A stretch of 64,000 nucleotides of DNA from Candidatus Margulisiibacteriota bacterium (GCA_050250935.1 JBFWNS010000003.1:64001-128000); one strand, 5' to 3'. Shown: positions 8,755 to 18,410, counted from the stretch's first letter. A program made the numbers and translations. Notes: generated by a model from the letters alone, not told the origin.

Positions 8755-10092
8755 ATGACACACCTTAATATGTTCGAGTCCCTCGGGTGGAGAGGCAAGC
8801 AGTCCACCAAGAGTTTAGACGAGGTTCATGCCTCGATTCCGGTTCCCAAAGGCCTGTCGTTTTGGCGAAAGTTGTTGGCGTTTGCGGGGCCAGGCTATTT
8901 GGTTGCGGTGGGGTATATGGACCCTGGAAACTGGGCCACCGATTTGGCTGGGGGGTCTGGCTATGGCTATGCCCTGCTGTCGGTGATCTTGATTTCCAAC
9001 ATCATGGCCATGGTGTTGCAGCATTTGGCCTTGAAATTGGGCATTGTGACCGGGCGAGACTTGGCACAAGCTTGTCGGGATCATTATTCCAAACCGGTTA
9101 ATTTTGTCTTGTGGGTTCTGGCCGAAGTGGCCATTACCGCCTGCGATTTGGCCGAGGTTATTGGTTCTGCAATTGGGTTGAATCTGCTGTTTGGTATTCC
9201 GTTGTTGTGGGGGGTTGTGATTACGGTATTTGATGTTTTGTTGTTGCTGCTTTTACAAAAGAAAGGGTTTCGCTATCTCGAAGCCTTGGTTGTAACCTTG
9301 ATTGCCACCATTTTGGTGTGTTTTGGTATTGAAATTTTCTTGTCGAAACCCGAGTTTGGTCCCTTAATGAAAGGGTTTATTCCCACACCGGAATTGTTTC
9401 GAAATCCCGATATGCTTTATATTGCCATCGGTATTTTGGGGGCGACGGTGATGCCCCACAATTTGTACTTGCATTCGGCTGTAGTTCAAACCCGCAGTTA
9501 CGAAGAAACCATCGAAGGCAAAAAAGAAGCCATTAAATTTTCCACCATCGATTCGACGGTGGCGTTGTGGATTGCGTTTTTTGTGAATGCTGCGATTTTA
9601 ATTGTGGCGGCGGCGACTTTTTATACCCGCGGGATGCATCAGGTGGCCGAAATTAACGACGCCTTTCATTTGTTGACCCCTCTGTTGGGGGCCAGTTTTG
9701 CCAGTGTGGCTTTTGCCATTGCCTTGTTGGCTTCTGGGCAAAACTCGACCATTACCGGTACTTTGGCTGGGCAGGTGATTATGGAAGGCTTTTTGCAAAT
9801 TCGTCTGAAACCCTGGCTTCGGCGTTTGGTAACACGGTTGTTGGCTGTAGTGCCTGCCGTTGTGGTGATAGCCCTGTTTGGCGAACATGGGTTGGGCCGG
9901 TTGTTGGTTTTAAGCCAAGTGGTCTTGAGTTTGCAATTGTCTTTTGCGGTGTTTCCTTTGGTTCAATTTACCTCTGAAAAGGCCAAAATGGGGCCCTTTG
10001 TAAATTCACTGTTTTTGAAAACGGCGTCCTATGGCATTGCGATTGTGATTGCTGCTTTGAACGCTTGGTTGGTTGTTTCTGTTTTTCGATAA
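8755..10092 (+). CDS. mntH: Nramp family divalent metal (Mn2+) transporter
   Basis: YMDPGNW, DLAEVIG, GATVMPHNLYLHS, GQNSTITGTLAGQ motifs. Confidence 0.97.
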   Translation: MTHLNMFESLGWRGKQSTKSLDEVHASIPVPKGLSFWRKLLAFAGPGYLVAVGYMDPGNWATDLAGGSGYGYALLSVILISNIMAMVLQHLALKLGIVTGRDLAQACRDHYSKPVNFVLWVLAEVAITACDLAEVIGSAIGLNLLFGIPLLWGVVITVFDVLLLLLLQKKGFRYLEALVVTLIATILVCFGIEIFLSKPEFGPLMKGFIPTPELFRNPDMLYIAIGILGATVMPHNLYLHSAVVQTRSYEETIEGKKEAIKFSTIDSTVALWIAFFVNAAILIVAAATFYTRGMHQVAEINDAFHLLTPLLGASFASVAFAIALLASGQNSTITGTLAGQVIMEGFLQIRLKPWLRRLVTRLLAVVPAVVVIALFGEHGLGRLLVLSQVVLSLQLSFAVFPLVQFTSEKAKMGPFVNSLFLKTASYGIAIVIAALNAWLVVSVFR

Positions 10093-10110
10093 ACGGACAG
10101 TCGTTTAGGC

Positions 10111-10145
10111 AAAAAAAATCCCCCTCCGTTATAGAGGGGGATTTC
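10111..10145 (-). terminator. Intrinsic terminator (possibly bidirectional) between mntH and the small secreted protein
   Basis: AAATCCCCCTC-CGTTATA-GAGGGGGATTT stem-loop with an A8 run on the + strand (U-tract on the - strand). Confidence 0.85.
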
Positions 10146-10175
10146 TAGCTTCTGTTTAAGAAAAGCGCTTAAAAA

Positions 10176-10409
10176 CTAGTGTTTTTTAGCTTCTTTTTTG
10201 GCTTCGGCTTTAACTTCTTTTTTAGCTTCAGCTTTCTTTTCTTCTTTTTTGGTTTCTTTTTTTACTTCTTTAACTTCTTTTTTAGCTTCTACTTTAACAG
10301 CTTCTTTTTTGGCTTCAACTTTTTTGGCTTCGTGGTTGTTGGCGAAAGCAGAAACTGAAGTTACGGCTACGAACAAAACGGCTAGAACGGCTGAGAATAC
10401 TGATTTCAT
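10176..10409 (-). CDS. Small exported Lys/Glu/Ala-rich protein (Asr-like low complexity)
   Basis: Signal peptide ending SAFA, KKE(A/V)K repeats, AGGAGA RBS, own promoter and terminator. Confidence 0.8.
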   Translation of the reverse strand: MKSVFSAVLAVLFVAVTSVSAFANNHEAKKVEAKKEAVKVEAKKEVKEVKKETKKEEKKAEAKKEVKAEAKKEAKKH

Positions 10410-10461
10410 GGTGAAATCTCCTTGGTTTGTGTTGTTTTTAATTTAAATAACGAAAAAAACG

Positions 10462-10580
10462 ATAGGGGTTTCAGTTTGCTGAGTCTGAAGTGTTCAGCCT
10501 CCTTTTTTTGTGGGGTGTTGATCGCGCCAGTCTTTCCTCGATCAGACGAGCTGTGAGGTACGGAAAAGGCTGCTTACAAA
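10462..10580 (-). ncRNA. Candidate structured 5' leader RNA
   Basis: About 170-nt UTR with several stems including G-U pairs; no family recognised. Confidence 0.35.
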
Positions 10581-10585
10581 CGGCG

Positions 10586-10614
10586 ACTATACTCTTATCC
10601 TTTTACTTTGTTAA
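10586..10614 (-). promoter_or_regulatory. sigma70 promoter for the small secreted protein
   Basis: TTAACA-N17-TATAGT on the - strand. Confidence 0.6.
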
Positions 10615-10641
10615 GGGGTATTTTTTATTTTTTTTATTGCT

Positions 10642-10670
10642 TTGATTTAAGGAGCTTGGGGTAGTAAGAT
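10642..10670 (+). promoter_or_regulatory. sigma70 promoter of nadB
   Basis: TTGATT-N17-TAAGAT, ending 9 nt before the ATG at 10680. Confidence 0.5.
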
Positions 10671-10679
10671 TTGGCTCTG

Positions 10680-12242
10680 ATGAAAACCATCACCACCGAT
10701 TTTTTGGTTGTTGGCAGTGGCATTGCTGGACTGTCTGCCGCCCACCATTTGGGACGCTTTGGCACAACCCTTGTGTTAACCAAAGGGGATGTCAAAGAAG
10801 GCTCTACCCAATATGCCCAAGGTGGGATTGCGGTTGCCCTCCAAGAAGACGATACGACTTCCTATCACTTTCAAGATACCTTGAATGCTGGCGATGGGTT
10901 TTGCAACGAAGCTGCGGTTCGGTGTTTGGTCGAAGAAGGTCCGGCTCGGGTTCAAGAACTGATTCAATTGGGCGCCCAGTTCGACAAGTCTGGCGACGAT
11001 TTTGATTTTACCCGAGAAGGGGCTCATGGCCATCGGCGCATTTTGCATGCTGGGGATGCCACCGGAAAAGAAATCGAAAAAACCCTGGGTAATGCTGTTT
11101 TGCGAGATCCTGCTGTACGGTTTTATCCCCAAAGCTCGGTGCTTAAACTGGCCATTCAAGACGGACAGTGCGTGGGTTGCTATGGGGTGCATCGCGGGGA
11201 ATTGACCCTGTTTTTGGCCAAGGCCACGGTCTTGGCTTCGGGGGGCTGTGGACAATTGTTTTCTTTGAATACGAATCCCCCAGTTGCCACAGGCGATGGC
11301 ATTGCTTTGGCGTACCGGGCGGGTGCATCGATTGTGGATATGGAATTTGTTCAATTTCATCCCACCACCTTGTATTTGGGAGACAAACGCCCCATTTCTT
11401 TGTTTTTGATTTCCGAAGCGGTTCGGGGCGAGGGTGCTGTTTTACGCAATATTCAAGGCGAACGGTTTATGCCGGGGTATCACCCCGATGCTGAATTGGC
11501 GTCTCGGGACGTGGTGTCTCGGGCTATTTTTGCCGAAATGCAGCGTACAAATTCCCCCCACGTGTATTTGGATTTGAGCGGTTTGTCCTTTGATGTGGCC
11601 AAACGCTTTCCAACCATATACAAACGGTGTTTGGATGCCCGAATTGACATTACCCGGGATTTTATTCCGGTTGCCCCTGCGGCTCACTATCACATGGGTG
11701 GGGTGTGCTGCGATATTCAGGGTCGTACGACGATTCCCCGGTTGTATGTGGCTGGCGAAGTCAGTTCTTTTGGGGTGCATGGGGCCAATCGTTTGGCTTC
11801 GAATTCGCTTTTGGATGGCCTGGTGTTTGGGTTTCGGGCTGCAGAAGATGCCCGGCTTCAACCCTCCTTGCCCAACCTCGATTTGACCCCCCCTCACTTT
11901 GATGACAATACTGCCACGCCCATCCCCCAATTTCTGACCGCAAAAGCCTTGGTTCGCGATGTGATGTGGCGGCATGGGGGCATCATTCGATCGGAATCTG
12001 GGCTTCAACAAGCCTTGGCAGTATTGGGGCAATTGGACTGGATTAAACAGCTAACCCCTCTCAAGCCCGAATTGGCCGAAATAACGGCGATGGTCTGGGC
12101 TGCCGAAGCTTTATTGAAGGGGGCCTTGTTGCGCCAAGAAAGTCGGGGCGCTCATTTCAGAGAGGATTTTCCCCAAAAAGAAGCGGCTTGGCACAAACGC
12201 ATTGTGCAACAAAACGGAATTACTGCTTTCGAACCGGTCTAG
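10680..12242 (+). CDS. nadB: L-aspartate oxidase
   Basis: VVGSGIAG, YAQGGIA, QFHPT, LISEAVRGEG, AAHYHMGG, HGANRLASNSL, ESRGAHFR. Confidence 0.96.
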   Translation: MKTITTDFLVVGSGIAGLSAAHHLGRFGTTLVLTKGDVKEGSTQYAQGGIAVALQEDDTTSYHFQDTLNAGDGFCNEAAVRCLVEEGPARVQELIQLGAQFDKSGDDFDFTREGAHGHRRILHAGDATGKEIEKTLGNAVLRDPAVRFYPQSSVLKLAIQDGQCVGCYGVHRGELTLFLAKATVLASGGCGQLFSLNTNPPVATGDGIALAYRAGASIVDMEFVQFHPTTLYLGDKRPISLFLISEAVRGEGAVLRNIQGERFMPGYHPDAELASRDVVSRAIFAEMQRTNSPHVYLDLSGLSFDVAKRFPTIYKRCLDARIDITRDFIPVAPAAHYHMGGVCCDIQGRTTIPRLYVAGEVSSFGVHGANRLASNSLLDGLVFGFRAAEDARLQPSLPNLDLTPPHFDDNTATPIPQFLTAKALVRDVMWRHGGIIRSESGLQQALAVLGQLDWIKQLTPLKPELAEITAMVWAAEALLKGALLRQESRGAHFREDFPQKEAAWHKRIVQQNGITAFEPV

Positions 12243-12970
12243 CAATGGGTTTGGATGCGGCTGATTTTGGATATAAAAAACAGGCCCAGTAACACATAGG
12301 CATAGGCCGTGCTAAGCCCTTCGACCAAACTTCTTAGGGTTGGGCCGGCAATGGGAATGTTTTCAAGCATCACCCCCCACAGTCTGCCAATTAATAGGGT
12401 GGTAAACAGCAACCCATAGGTGATGAGGGTTGCCTTGGGGTGGGTTTTGATAAACCGCAAGGAAGCCCCAATGGGTTGGTACCACCGAACCTGACCCAGA
12501 ATCACTGCACAGGGAATCAGCTCGGCGATTAAAGTTAGGGGAATCAAAAGGACGGTTAGCCCTAGAGCGGCAACCAGAGCGGCCAAATTCCCAGGAAAAA
12601 GATGGGCTAAAACGCCGGCTTTGGATAGGGCTAGCATTAAAAATCCAAAACAAGGTATGGCAAGGGCTAGCAAATTAAGGGCCACAATACCCCCATTTTT
12701 AAGTGTGCGTTTAACTGAAAACGCCATGCCGTTGCTGTGGCTTTGTACCCCTTCTAGGGTGATGATTTTGGCCAATGTGGTGATGCAAATGGCGAATAAG
12801 GCAAAGGCGGTTTGTTTGGGGGTGATGTTTGCCAAAGAGGAGGGAAGTAAGGTTGGGTGCATTAAAACAACCAAGGTAAAGATCACACTGGAAAGCAAAA
12901 AAGGGGTCAGGACAATGGGATGCTTTTTGATGAACTGGTGGGTTGTCGAAATCAGAGGGGTGATGGCCAT
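12239..12970 (-). CDS. Hypothetical integral membrane protein
   Basis: About 6 hydrophobic segments; directly downstream of aroE. Confidence 0.7.
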   Translation of the reverse strand: MAITPLISTTHQFIKKHPIVLTPFLLSSVIFTLVVLMHPTLLPSSLANITPKQTAFALFAICITTLAKIITLEGVQSHSNGMAFSVKRTLKNGGIVALNLLALAIPCFGFLMLALSKAGVLAHLFPGNLAALVAALGLTVLLIPLTLIAELIPCAVILGQVRWYQPIGASLRFIKTHPKATLITYGLLFTTLLIGRLWGVMLENIPIAGPTLRSLVEGLSTAYAYVLLGLFFISKISRIQTHC

Positions 12971-12971
12971 G

Positions 12972-13814
12972 TTATCCTTTCAAACGCGATTTAAAGAGTG
13001 CATAGTCGATGGGGTGTCCCGTAAATTTTTCAAAAGCCAATACGCCTTGTGCTGCCAACATGCCAGCCCCATTCAAAATGCGGGCGCCAGCGGTTTCGGC
13101 TTGGGCCAAAAAGGCTGTTTTTGGGGGGGTATAAATGATATCGCAGCAGATTGCGTCTTGGCGAATGCCGGTTAGGGTCTCGAGGGGCAGGGCATCGTCG
13201 GGTTTCATCCCCAATGGGGTTGTATTGACGATCAGGTCGATGTTGGGCAGGTGCTCGTTTATGTTTTGAGGCTGTAAAACAGCAAGTGAAGCCGAAAAGT
13301 GCTGCCGAAGGGAGTCGGCCAACTCGGTGGCCCGTTGTGGGTTTCGGTTGACCAAAAACAGTTGGCTACACCCTTCTTTGAGCAGTTGATAGGCAATGGC
13401 TTTGGCGCTTCCACCAGCCCCCAACAGTAGGGTTGTTTTTTTCTCGATGGCGAAAGTCAGTTCTTGCCGAAGCGCAAAACAAAAGCCAGGCGCATCGGTG
13501 TTGTAGCCGGTTAATTGGCCGTTGTCGTTTACAATCGTGTTAACCGCGCCAATGGCCTTGGCATCGGGATCAATGTGGTCCAAATAAGGCAAAACGGCTT
13601 CTTTAAAGGGGATGGTTACGTTGACGCCCCTTAAGTTTAAAGTGCGAATCGATGCGACGGCATCCCCAATCTTGGCCAGATCCACCAAAAAGGGAACATA
13701 GACATAGTCCAACCCCAACGCTTCAAAACCAGCACTGTGCATGGCCGGAGAAGCGGTGTGGGCGATGGGATTTCCAAAAATCCCAAGAACGGTTGTTTTG
13801 CCGGTCAGACTCAC
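12972..13814 (-). CDS. aroE: Shikimate dehydrogenase
   Basis: GNPIAHTASP, NVTIPFKE, GAVNT, GYNTD, GAGGSA, NTTPLGM; GTG start at 13814 inferred. Confidence 0.95.
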   Translation of the reverse strand: MSLTGKTTVLGIFGNPIAHTASPAMHSAGFEALGLDYVYVPFLVDLAKIGDAVASIRTLNLRGVNVTIPFKEAVLPYLDHIDPDAKAIGAVNTIVNDNGQLTGYNTDAPGFCFALRQELTFAIEKKTTLLLGAGGSAKAIAYQLLKEGCSQLFLVNRNPQRATELADSLRQHFSASLAVLQPQNINEHLPNIDLIVNTTPLGMKPDDALPLETLTGIRQDAICCDIIYTPPKTAFLAQAETAGARILNGAGMLAAQGVLAFEKFTGHPIDYALFKSRLKG

Positions 13815-13821
13815 TTCGAAC

Positions 13822-14949
13822 TCACTTCGAAACCAAGGTGGCCTTAACGGCTTCGCCAAGGGTGGGGGATTGGGTTAAAACAGGCCATAAATCTTCGGTT
13901 TTGGGGGGATTGGATTCTGGGAAGAAAACCTTGTACGACGCTCGGGATAACGGCGCATTGCGCTCGAGCGACGCTTGGGCAAAGTGGGTAAACGCCTCGA
14001 ATCGTTCGGGAAACGTCAGCAGGGACGACACCGATTCCTTGAGGTGTTTTCGTTGTATCAAAACCCCAAGTTTTTCAATGATGTCCGAAAAACTGGCACT
14101 TTTGTTCAGATAGTCTGCAGCCCCAGATTCGAAGCTTTTCACGGCAATTTCGGTGTCTTGATAGGCCGTTAAAATCAAAATCATGGTATTGGGGGAAATG
14201 GCTTTGATGTTGGGAATGATTTCGTGGCCTTTTCTGCCAGGCATTTCGATGTCTAAAATCACCACATCGGTGTCTGGGTTTTTTTCAAGGGTTTCTAGGC
14301 CTTCGATGGCCGAGTTTGCCGAAAAAACAGTGTGGGTGGCTTGCAAATTAAGTCGATAGGTTTCTGAAACCGCTTCGTAGTCGTCGATTACCAGAATTTT
14401 GGGTTTTGGGGGGGCAAAAAAATGGTTTGGAAGCGGTGCCGGCGATGCTTGTTTGGGGAGCTGAGAAACCTGGGTGATCAAGAGGTTAAGCTTTTTCTTT
14501 TCTTGCTCGATCAATGGGTTTTCGAATCCAGAAACCGTGGGTGTTTTGTAGGCGTGTTCGGCATAATCTTTAAGGGTTTTTTTGTAGTTGTGAAAATAAA
14601 AATAGAGCATCCGAAGCAGGTCCCAATCCGGTTTCGTGCAGGTGCCAACAGCGCCTTCCCGAAGCACAGAAACCGTGTCGTTGTGGTCTAGGGTGCCACA
14701 AACAAAAATGGGCAGATGGTAATAAATTTGTTTTAGCTCGTGGATGGCTTGAATGCAGTCTGCCAAACCGAAAGTAAGCGAATCGATCACCACAATATGG
14801 TGAGCGTGGGGGTTGGTAAACAAAGCGCCAGAGAGTTTTTCGACCGAATCGTGACTGCTATAGACTGTGCCTTGTGGCAAAACCAAAGCCAGATCCTGAA
14901 AGTTTTCTGGTGCTGTGGTTAAAGTTAAAAGTTCTTGTACGCTTTCCAT
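13822..14949 (-). CDS. Response regulator (degenerate N-terminal receiver + canonical receiver)
   Basis: KILVIDD, ILDIEMPG, ILTAY, DYLNK; the N-terminal region has a receiver-like pattern. Confidence 0.8.
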   Translation of the reverse strand: MESVQELLTLTTAPENFQDLALVLPQGTVYSSHDSVEKLSGALFTNPHAHHIVVIDSLTFGLADCIQAIHELKQIYYHLPIFVCGTLDHNDTVSVLREGAVGTCTKPDWDLLRMLYFYFHNYKKTLKDYAEHAYKTPTVSGFENPLIEQEKKKLNLLITQVSQLPKQASPAPLPNHFFAPPKPKILVIDDYEAVSETYRLNLQATHTVFSANSAIEGLETLEKNPDTDVVILDIEMPGRKGHEIIPNIKAISPNTMILILTAYQDTEIAVKSFESGAADYLNKSASFSDIIEKLGVLIQRKHLKESVSSLLTFPERFEAFTHFAQASLERNAPLSRASYKVFFPESNPPKTEDLWPVLTQSPTLGEAVKATLVSK

Positions 14950-15076
14950 GTCCCTGTTCCCTTTAAATTGGCAATAAAACGGATTGTTTTTTGTCTATGC
15001 CCTTTAAATCATAAAATGAAACGCCGTTAATTGTAATCCCTTGAGCAATGCTTAGTCGCTATATTATAGTTCGGTT

Positions 15077-15973
15077 ATGACTTTTTTTGGGCGATATTGT
15101 TTTTTTATGGGCCTTGTTCTTTTGGCCGTTCCTTTGTTTGCACAAGAGCCAACCCCCAACGCCCAAACCCCGACGGCGGCTGTTTCGGCTACCCAATATG
15201 GGTATTTGAATGTGTTTACCGATTTGAATGATGCGGTGATTGTTGTGGATGGCCAAGAGGTTTCTAAAGAATCGGTGGTGAAATACCGCCTGGGTGTTGG
15301 CGACCATTATGTTCAAGTGAAGTTGGACAACCGGGTGGCCTATGCCAAGACCATTGCCATTAATCCCAACCGTACTTCGACCGTGGTTTCGGATAATTTT
15401 GTGGATTTGAAAACCAATACCCCTTCTCGTGGAGCCATTGATAGAGAAGCCCGGCGGCTTCGTGAATCCCGTGGGGATATTGCTTTGGGGGTGATGGGCG
15501 CTACGATTCCCCAGCCCGCAGCCTCGTTGAAGTGGTGGTTTACCAAAAATGTTGGATTTCAGTTCCAGTTTTTGGGCGAAATGCCTGGTAATCCTGCTCA
15601 GTTGGGGGTTGTGTCGGGACGCTTGTTGGTTTCCCCAGGCGACAAGGTGTTTGGGTCGGATGTGGTTAGCATGTATGCCTTTGCCGGTGGTGGGCAATTT
15701 ATGTCGCCTTTGTATCGGGATGGCAAAAAATATGTTGAAGGTGGCCTGGGAGTAGAATTTAAAATTGCCGAGATTGCGAATACACTGTTTAAGTGGAAAT
15801 ATGCGGCGGGCAGCACTGCTTCTGATGGCAACTCGTTAACCAATTTTTTAAAAGATGTGTTGGCTTTAGGAGCCTTGAATTTGTTTTATACCAGTGTGGA
15901 GTTGAGTGTCGTGAACCGAGATCCCAATCGATATGAGACGGGTGTGAGTGTGGGTTTGCATGTTTATTATTAA
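15077..15973 (+). CDS. Exported PEGA-like domain + beta-barrel outer membrane protein
   Basis: Signal peptide; GYLNV..DAVIVVDG..VGDHYV; C-terminus GLHVYY. Confidence 0.65.
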   Translation: MTFFGRYCFFMGLVLLAVPLFAQEPTPNAQTPTAAVSATQYGYLNVFTDLNDAVIVVDGQEVSKESVVKYRLGVGDHYVQVKLDNRVAYAKTIAINPNRTSTVVSDNFVDLKTNTPSRGAIDREARRLRESRGDIALGVMGATIPQPAASLKWWFTKNVGFQFQFLGEMPGNPAQLGVVSGRLLVSPGDKVFGSDVVSMYAFAGGGQFMSPLYRDGKKYVEGGLGVEFKIAEIANTLFKWKYAAGSTASDGNSLTNFLKDVLALGALNLFYTSVELSVVNRDPNRYETGVSVGLHVYY

Positions 15974-15992
15974 CGCATAAGGAGACCAAAAG

Positions 15993-16739
15993 ATGTTTAA
16001 AAAAATGATGATGGTAGCGGTGTTGGTTGGGATGTTGTCGGTGTCGGTGTTTGCGGCTGAGTTTGGCTATGTGACCGTGGTGACGGGCGAACCCCAGGCT
16101 AAAATTTATTTGGATGGCCAAATGGTGTCCCAAGAATACATTCGCCGGTATCCGGTTGAAGTGGGTGAGCATTACATTCGCATCGACTATCAAGGCAAAG
16201 TGATGTACGCCGAAAAAATTTCGGTTAAATCCGATCAAAACGTGATTGTGAACTCCGATAATTTTGTGGATTTGCGAACCAATGTGGCCAGCCGAGGTGC
16301 TATCGATCGGGAAACCCGACGCTTGCAAGAGGTTAAAGGCAACTGGGGTTTTGGGGTGACGGGTGGTTTGAACTATCCCGCTTCTGGCATCAGCTTAAAG
16401 TGGTTTCCCTTGGATTTTCTGGGTGTTCAAGTTTCGGGCATGGGCAACTTGAATATTGGGGGTAAAACACTGTCTAGCGCCGGAGGACGCGTGATTCTTC
16501 CTTTGGGCAAGCGTGTGTTGTGGAATTCGGTCTTGACCGGTTTTGCAACCGTGGGTTACGCCAAAAACGTCAGCGATGGCGCGGGTGTGGACAACTATGG
16601 CGCCAGCATTGGACTGGAATGGGCACCGTTTGATCCTGTCTATTTTTCTGGAGAAATTGGCGGGGTTTACCAATTGCAAGCCAATGGCGACAAAACCTTT
16701 GGAACCGGGCTTGCTGTTGGGGTGCATGTTTATTTCTAG
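15993..16739 (+). CDS. Paralogous PEGA-like domain + beta-barrel protein
   Basis: Signal peptide; GYVTV..AKIYLDG..VGEHYI; C-terminus GVHVYF; shares SDNFVDL..SRGAIDRE with the upstream gene. Confidence 0.65.
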   Translation: MFKKMMMVAVLVGMLSVSVFAAEFGYVTVVTGEPQAKIYLDGQMVSQEYIRRYPVEVGEHYIRIDYQGKVMYAEKISVKSDQNVIVNSDNFVDLRTNVASRGAIDRETRRLQEVKGNWGFGVTGGLNYPASGISLKWFPLDFLGVQVSGMGNLNIGGKTLSSAGGRVILPLGKRVLWNSVLTGFATVGYAKNVSDGAGVDNYGASIGLEWAPFDPVYFSGEIGGVYQLQANGDKTFGTGLAVGVHVYF

Positions 16740-17984
16740 CTAGTCTATCCTAACGCTTCTAAAATCGTTAGGGTCGGTGGTGTACTGGGGGGATTGTTGT
16801 TGGGCGTTGGTTTTCCAGCGCCCACCGTGGAGCAGTCGCAGGGCAGGGCCTAGGGTTTTGCTGCCGAATTTTGAATTGATGCGATCCATGGCCGTCATTA
16901 AGGCTTTGTCCGAGGGCTTTGTGGGCTCAAAAAGATGCTGCTGGTGTTCGTCTTCGGGGTGAAGATCGAATAGCATCACCCCAGATTTGGCATAGGACAA
17001 TCCTGGTATAAAAAGCTTGTCGAGGGCCTGTGTGGCTTGCTGGGTTAAAACCAGGGTGGATTGGCTGGCTTCGGGCAGGGTCACCACAGCCGAGAGGACT
17101 TGTCGGGTGGGTTTGAACCGGTCGGCCATCACAAAAACGGTTAAGCCCCCACAACATTGGCGTTGTTTGCGAAGTTGTTTGGCCGCACTGTGCAGGTTGT
17201 TGCAAAGCGCCGAGGCCAGGTCTTCTTTTTGGCTTAATTTTTGCCCAAAGCTGCGAGAGCTAAGGATAGATTGGGTGGTAGAACTGGATTCTTCGAGTTC
17301 GAAGCAGGCTTGTCCTTTGAGTTCGTATTGAACCCGTAGACCCGGTGTTTTGAACAGTTTTTTTAAAAGGGTTTCGTCGCAGTCCCGATATTGTTTGGCC
17401 GTGCGAATGCCATAACCCAACAGTTTGTCGGCCATGCGGCGGCCGATTCCCCAAACGTCTCGGGCTTCTAGGCTACCCAGAAGCTCGTCTAAATTTTCTT
17501 TGGCTATGTCGGCGACGCCTGTACCCTGCTTTTTTGCCAAATGGTTGGCCACTTTGGCCAGGGTTTTGGTGGGGCCAAATCCGATACTAATGGGAATGCC
17601 CAATTGTTTTTGAAGGGTGTTTTTAATGGTTTGACCCAGGGCTTCGGTATCTGTGTTTTCGGGGAATTGCAAAAAGGCTTCGTCGATGGAATAGGGCTGA
17701 AAATCTGGGGAAAAGGTGCTTAAAATGTGCATCATGCGTCTGGAGATGTCGCCATATAACATAAAATTAGACGAAAATAGGGTTACGTTGTGTGCCGTAA
17801 ACGCTGCTTTGTATTTAAAAACAGGGGCCCCCATGGGAATGCCCAGGGCTTTGACTTCGTTGGATCGGGCAATGATGCATCCGTCGTTGTTGGACAACAC
17901 CGCCACCGGTTTTTGAAGCAGATCTGGCCTAAAAATGCGCTCGCAAGAGACAAAAAAATTGTTCCCGTCCACCAAGGCAAACAT
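16740..17984 (-). CDS. umuC: Y-family DNA polymerase V subunit UmuC
   Basis: ALVDGNNFFVSCER, LSNNDGC, YSIDEAF, WGIGRR, C-terminal SPQYTT. Confidence 0.95.
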   Translation of the reverse strand: MFALVDGNNFFVSCERIFRPDLLQKPVAVLSNNDGCIIARSNEVKALGIPMGAPVFKYKAAFTAHNVTLFSSNFMLYGDISRRMMHILSTFSPDFQPYSIDEAFLQFPENTDTEALGQTIKNTLQKQLGIPISIGFGPTKTLAKVANHLAKKQGTGVADIAKENLDELLGSLEARDVWGIGRRMADKLLGYGIRTAKQYRDCDETLLKKLFKTPGLRVQYELKGQACFELEESSSTTQSILSSRSFGQKLSQKEDLASALCNNLHSAAKQLRKQRQCCGGLTVFVMADRFKPTRQVLSAVVTLPEASQSTLVLTQQATQALDKLFIPGLSYAKSGVMLFDLHPEDEHQQHLFEPTKPSDKALMTAMDRINSKFGSKTLGPALRLLHGGRWKTNAQQQSPQYTTDPNDFRSVRID

Positions 17985-17987
17985 GGG

Positions 17988-18410
17988 CTATACGGGCTTG
18001 TGAATCACAAAGGTGACGATGCCCCAGATGACCATCTCGTCGTTGGGAGAAATCACAACAGGAGGGAAGGCTGGGTTTTCGGAACGCAGTTCCCAATGCC
18101 CGTTTGAAATCGACAACCGTTTGACCAACAGTTCGCCATTTAAAGCGGCAATGACGATGCGTTTGTCGGTGGCTGCCAAGCTGCGATCCACCACCAAAAT
18201 GTCCCCATCTTGAATGCCGGCATCCTTCATGGATTCTCCGGAGGCGCGAACAAAAAAAGTAGCCGCGCTGTTTGGGGCTATCCAAGCGGACAAATCCAGA
18301 CTGGTTTGGGAAAAGTCGTCGGCATGAGAGGGAAAGCCAGCTGGTACTTGTTGGTCCATCAGCGGGGCAATGAAGGTCGATGGGGTTACATTAAGAAGGG
18401 TTGCGTTCAT
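17988..18410 (-). CDS. umuD: UmuD (S24 peptidase)
   Basis: AGFPS cleavage site, GESM catalytic Ser, VKRL catalytic Lys; start MNATL at 18410. Confidence 0.93.
   Translation of the reverse strand: MNATLLNVTPSTFIAPLMDQQVPAGFPSHADDFSQTSLDLSAWIAPNSAATFFVRASGESMKDAGIQDGDILVVDRSLAATDKRIVIAALNGELLVKRLSISNGHWELRSENPAFPPVVISPNDEMVIWGIVTFVIHKPV

Noticed and set aside
10525..10552. Hammerhead-like CUGAU..GAAA, or ZTP-riboswitch-like GACUGGCG, on the - strand
   Set aside because: The core is CUGAUCGA rather than CUGANGA with proper stems, and the remaining ZTP consensus elements are absent.
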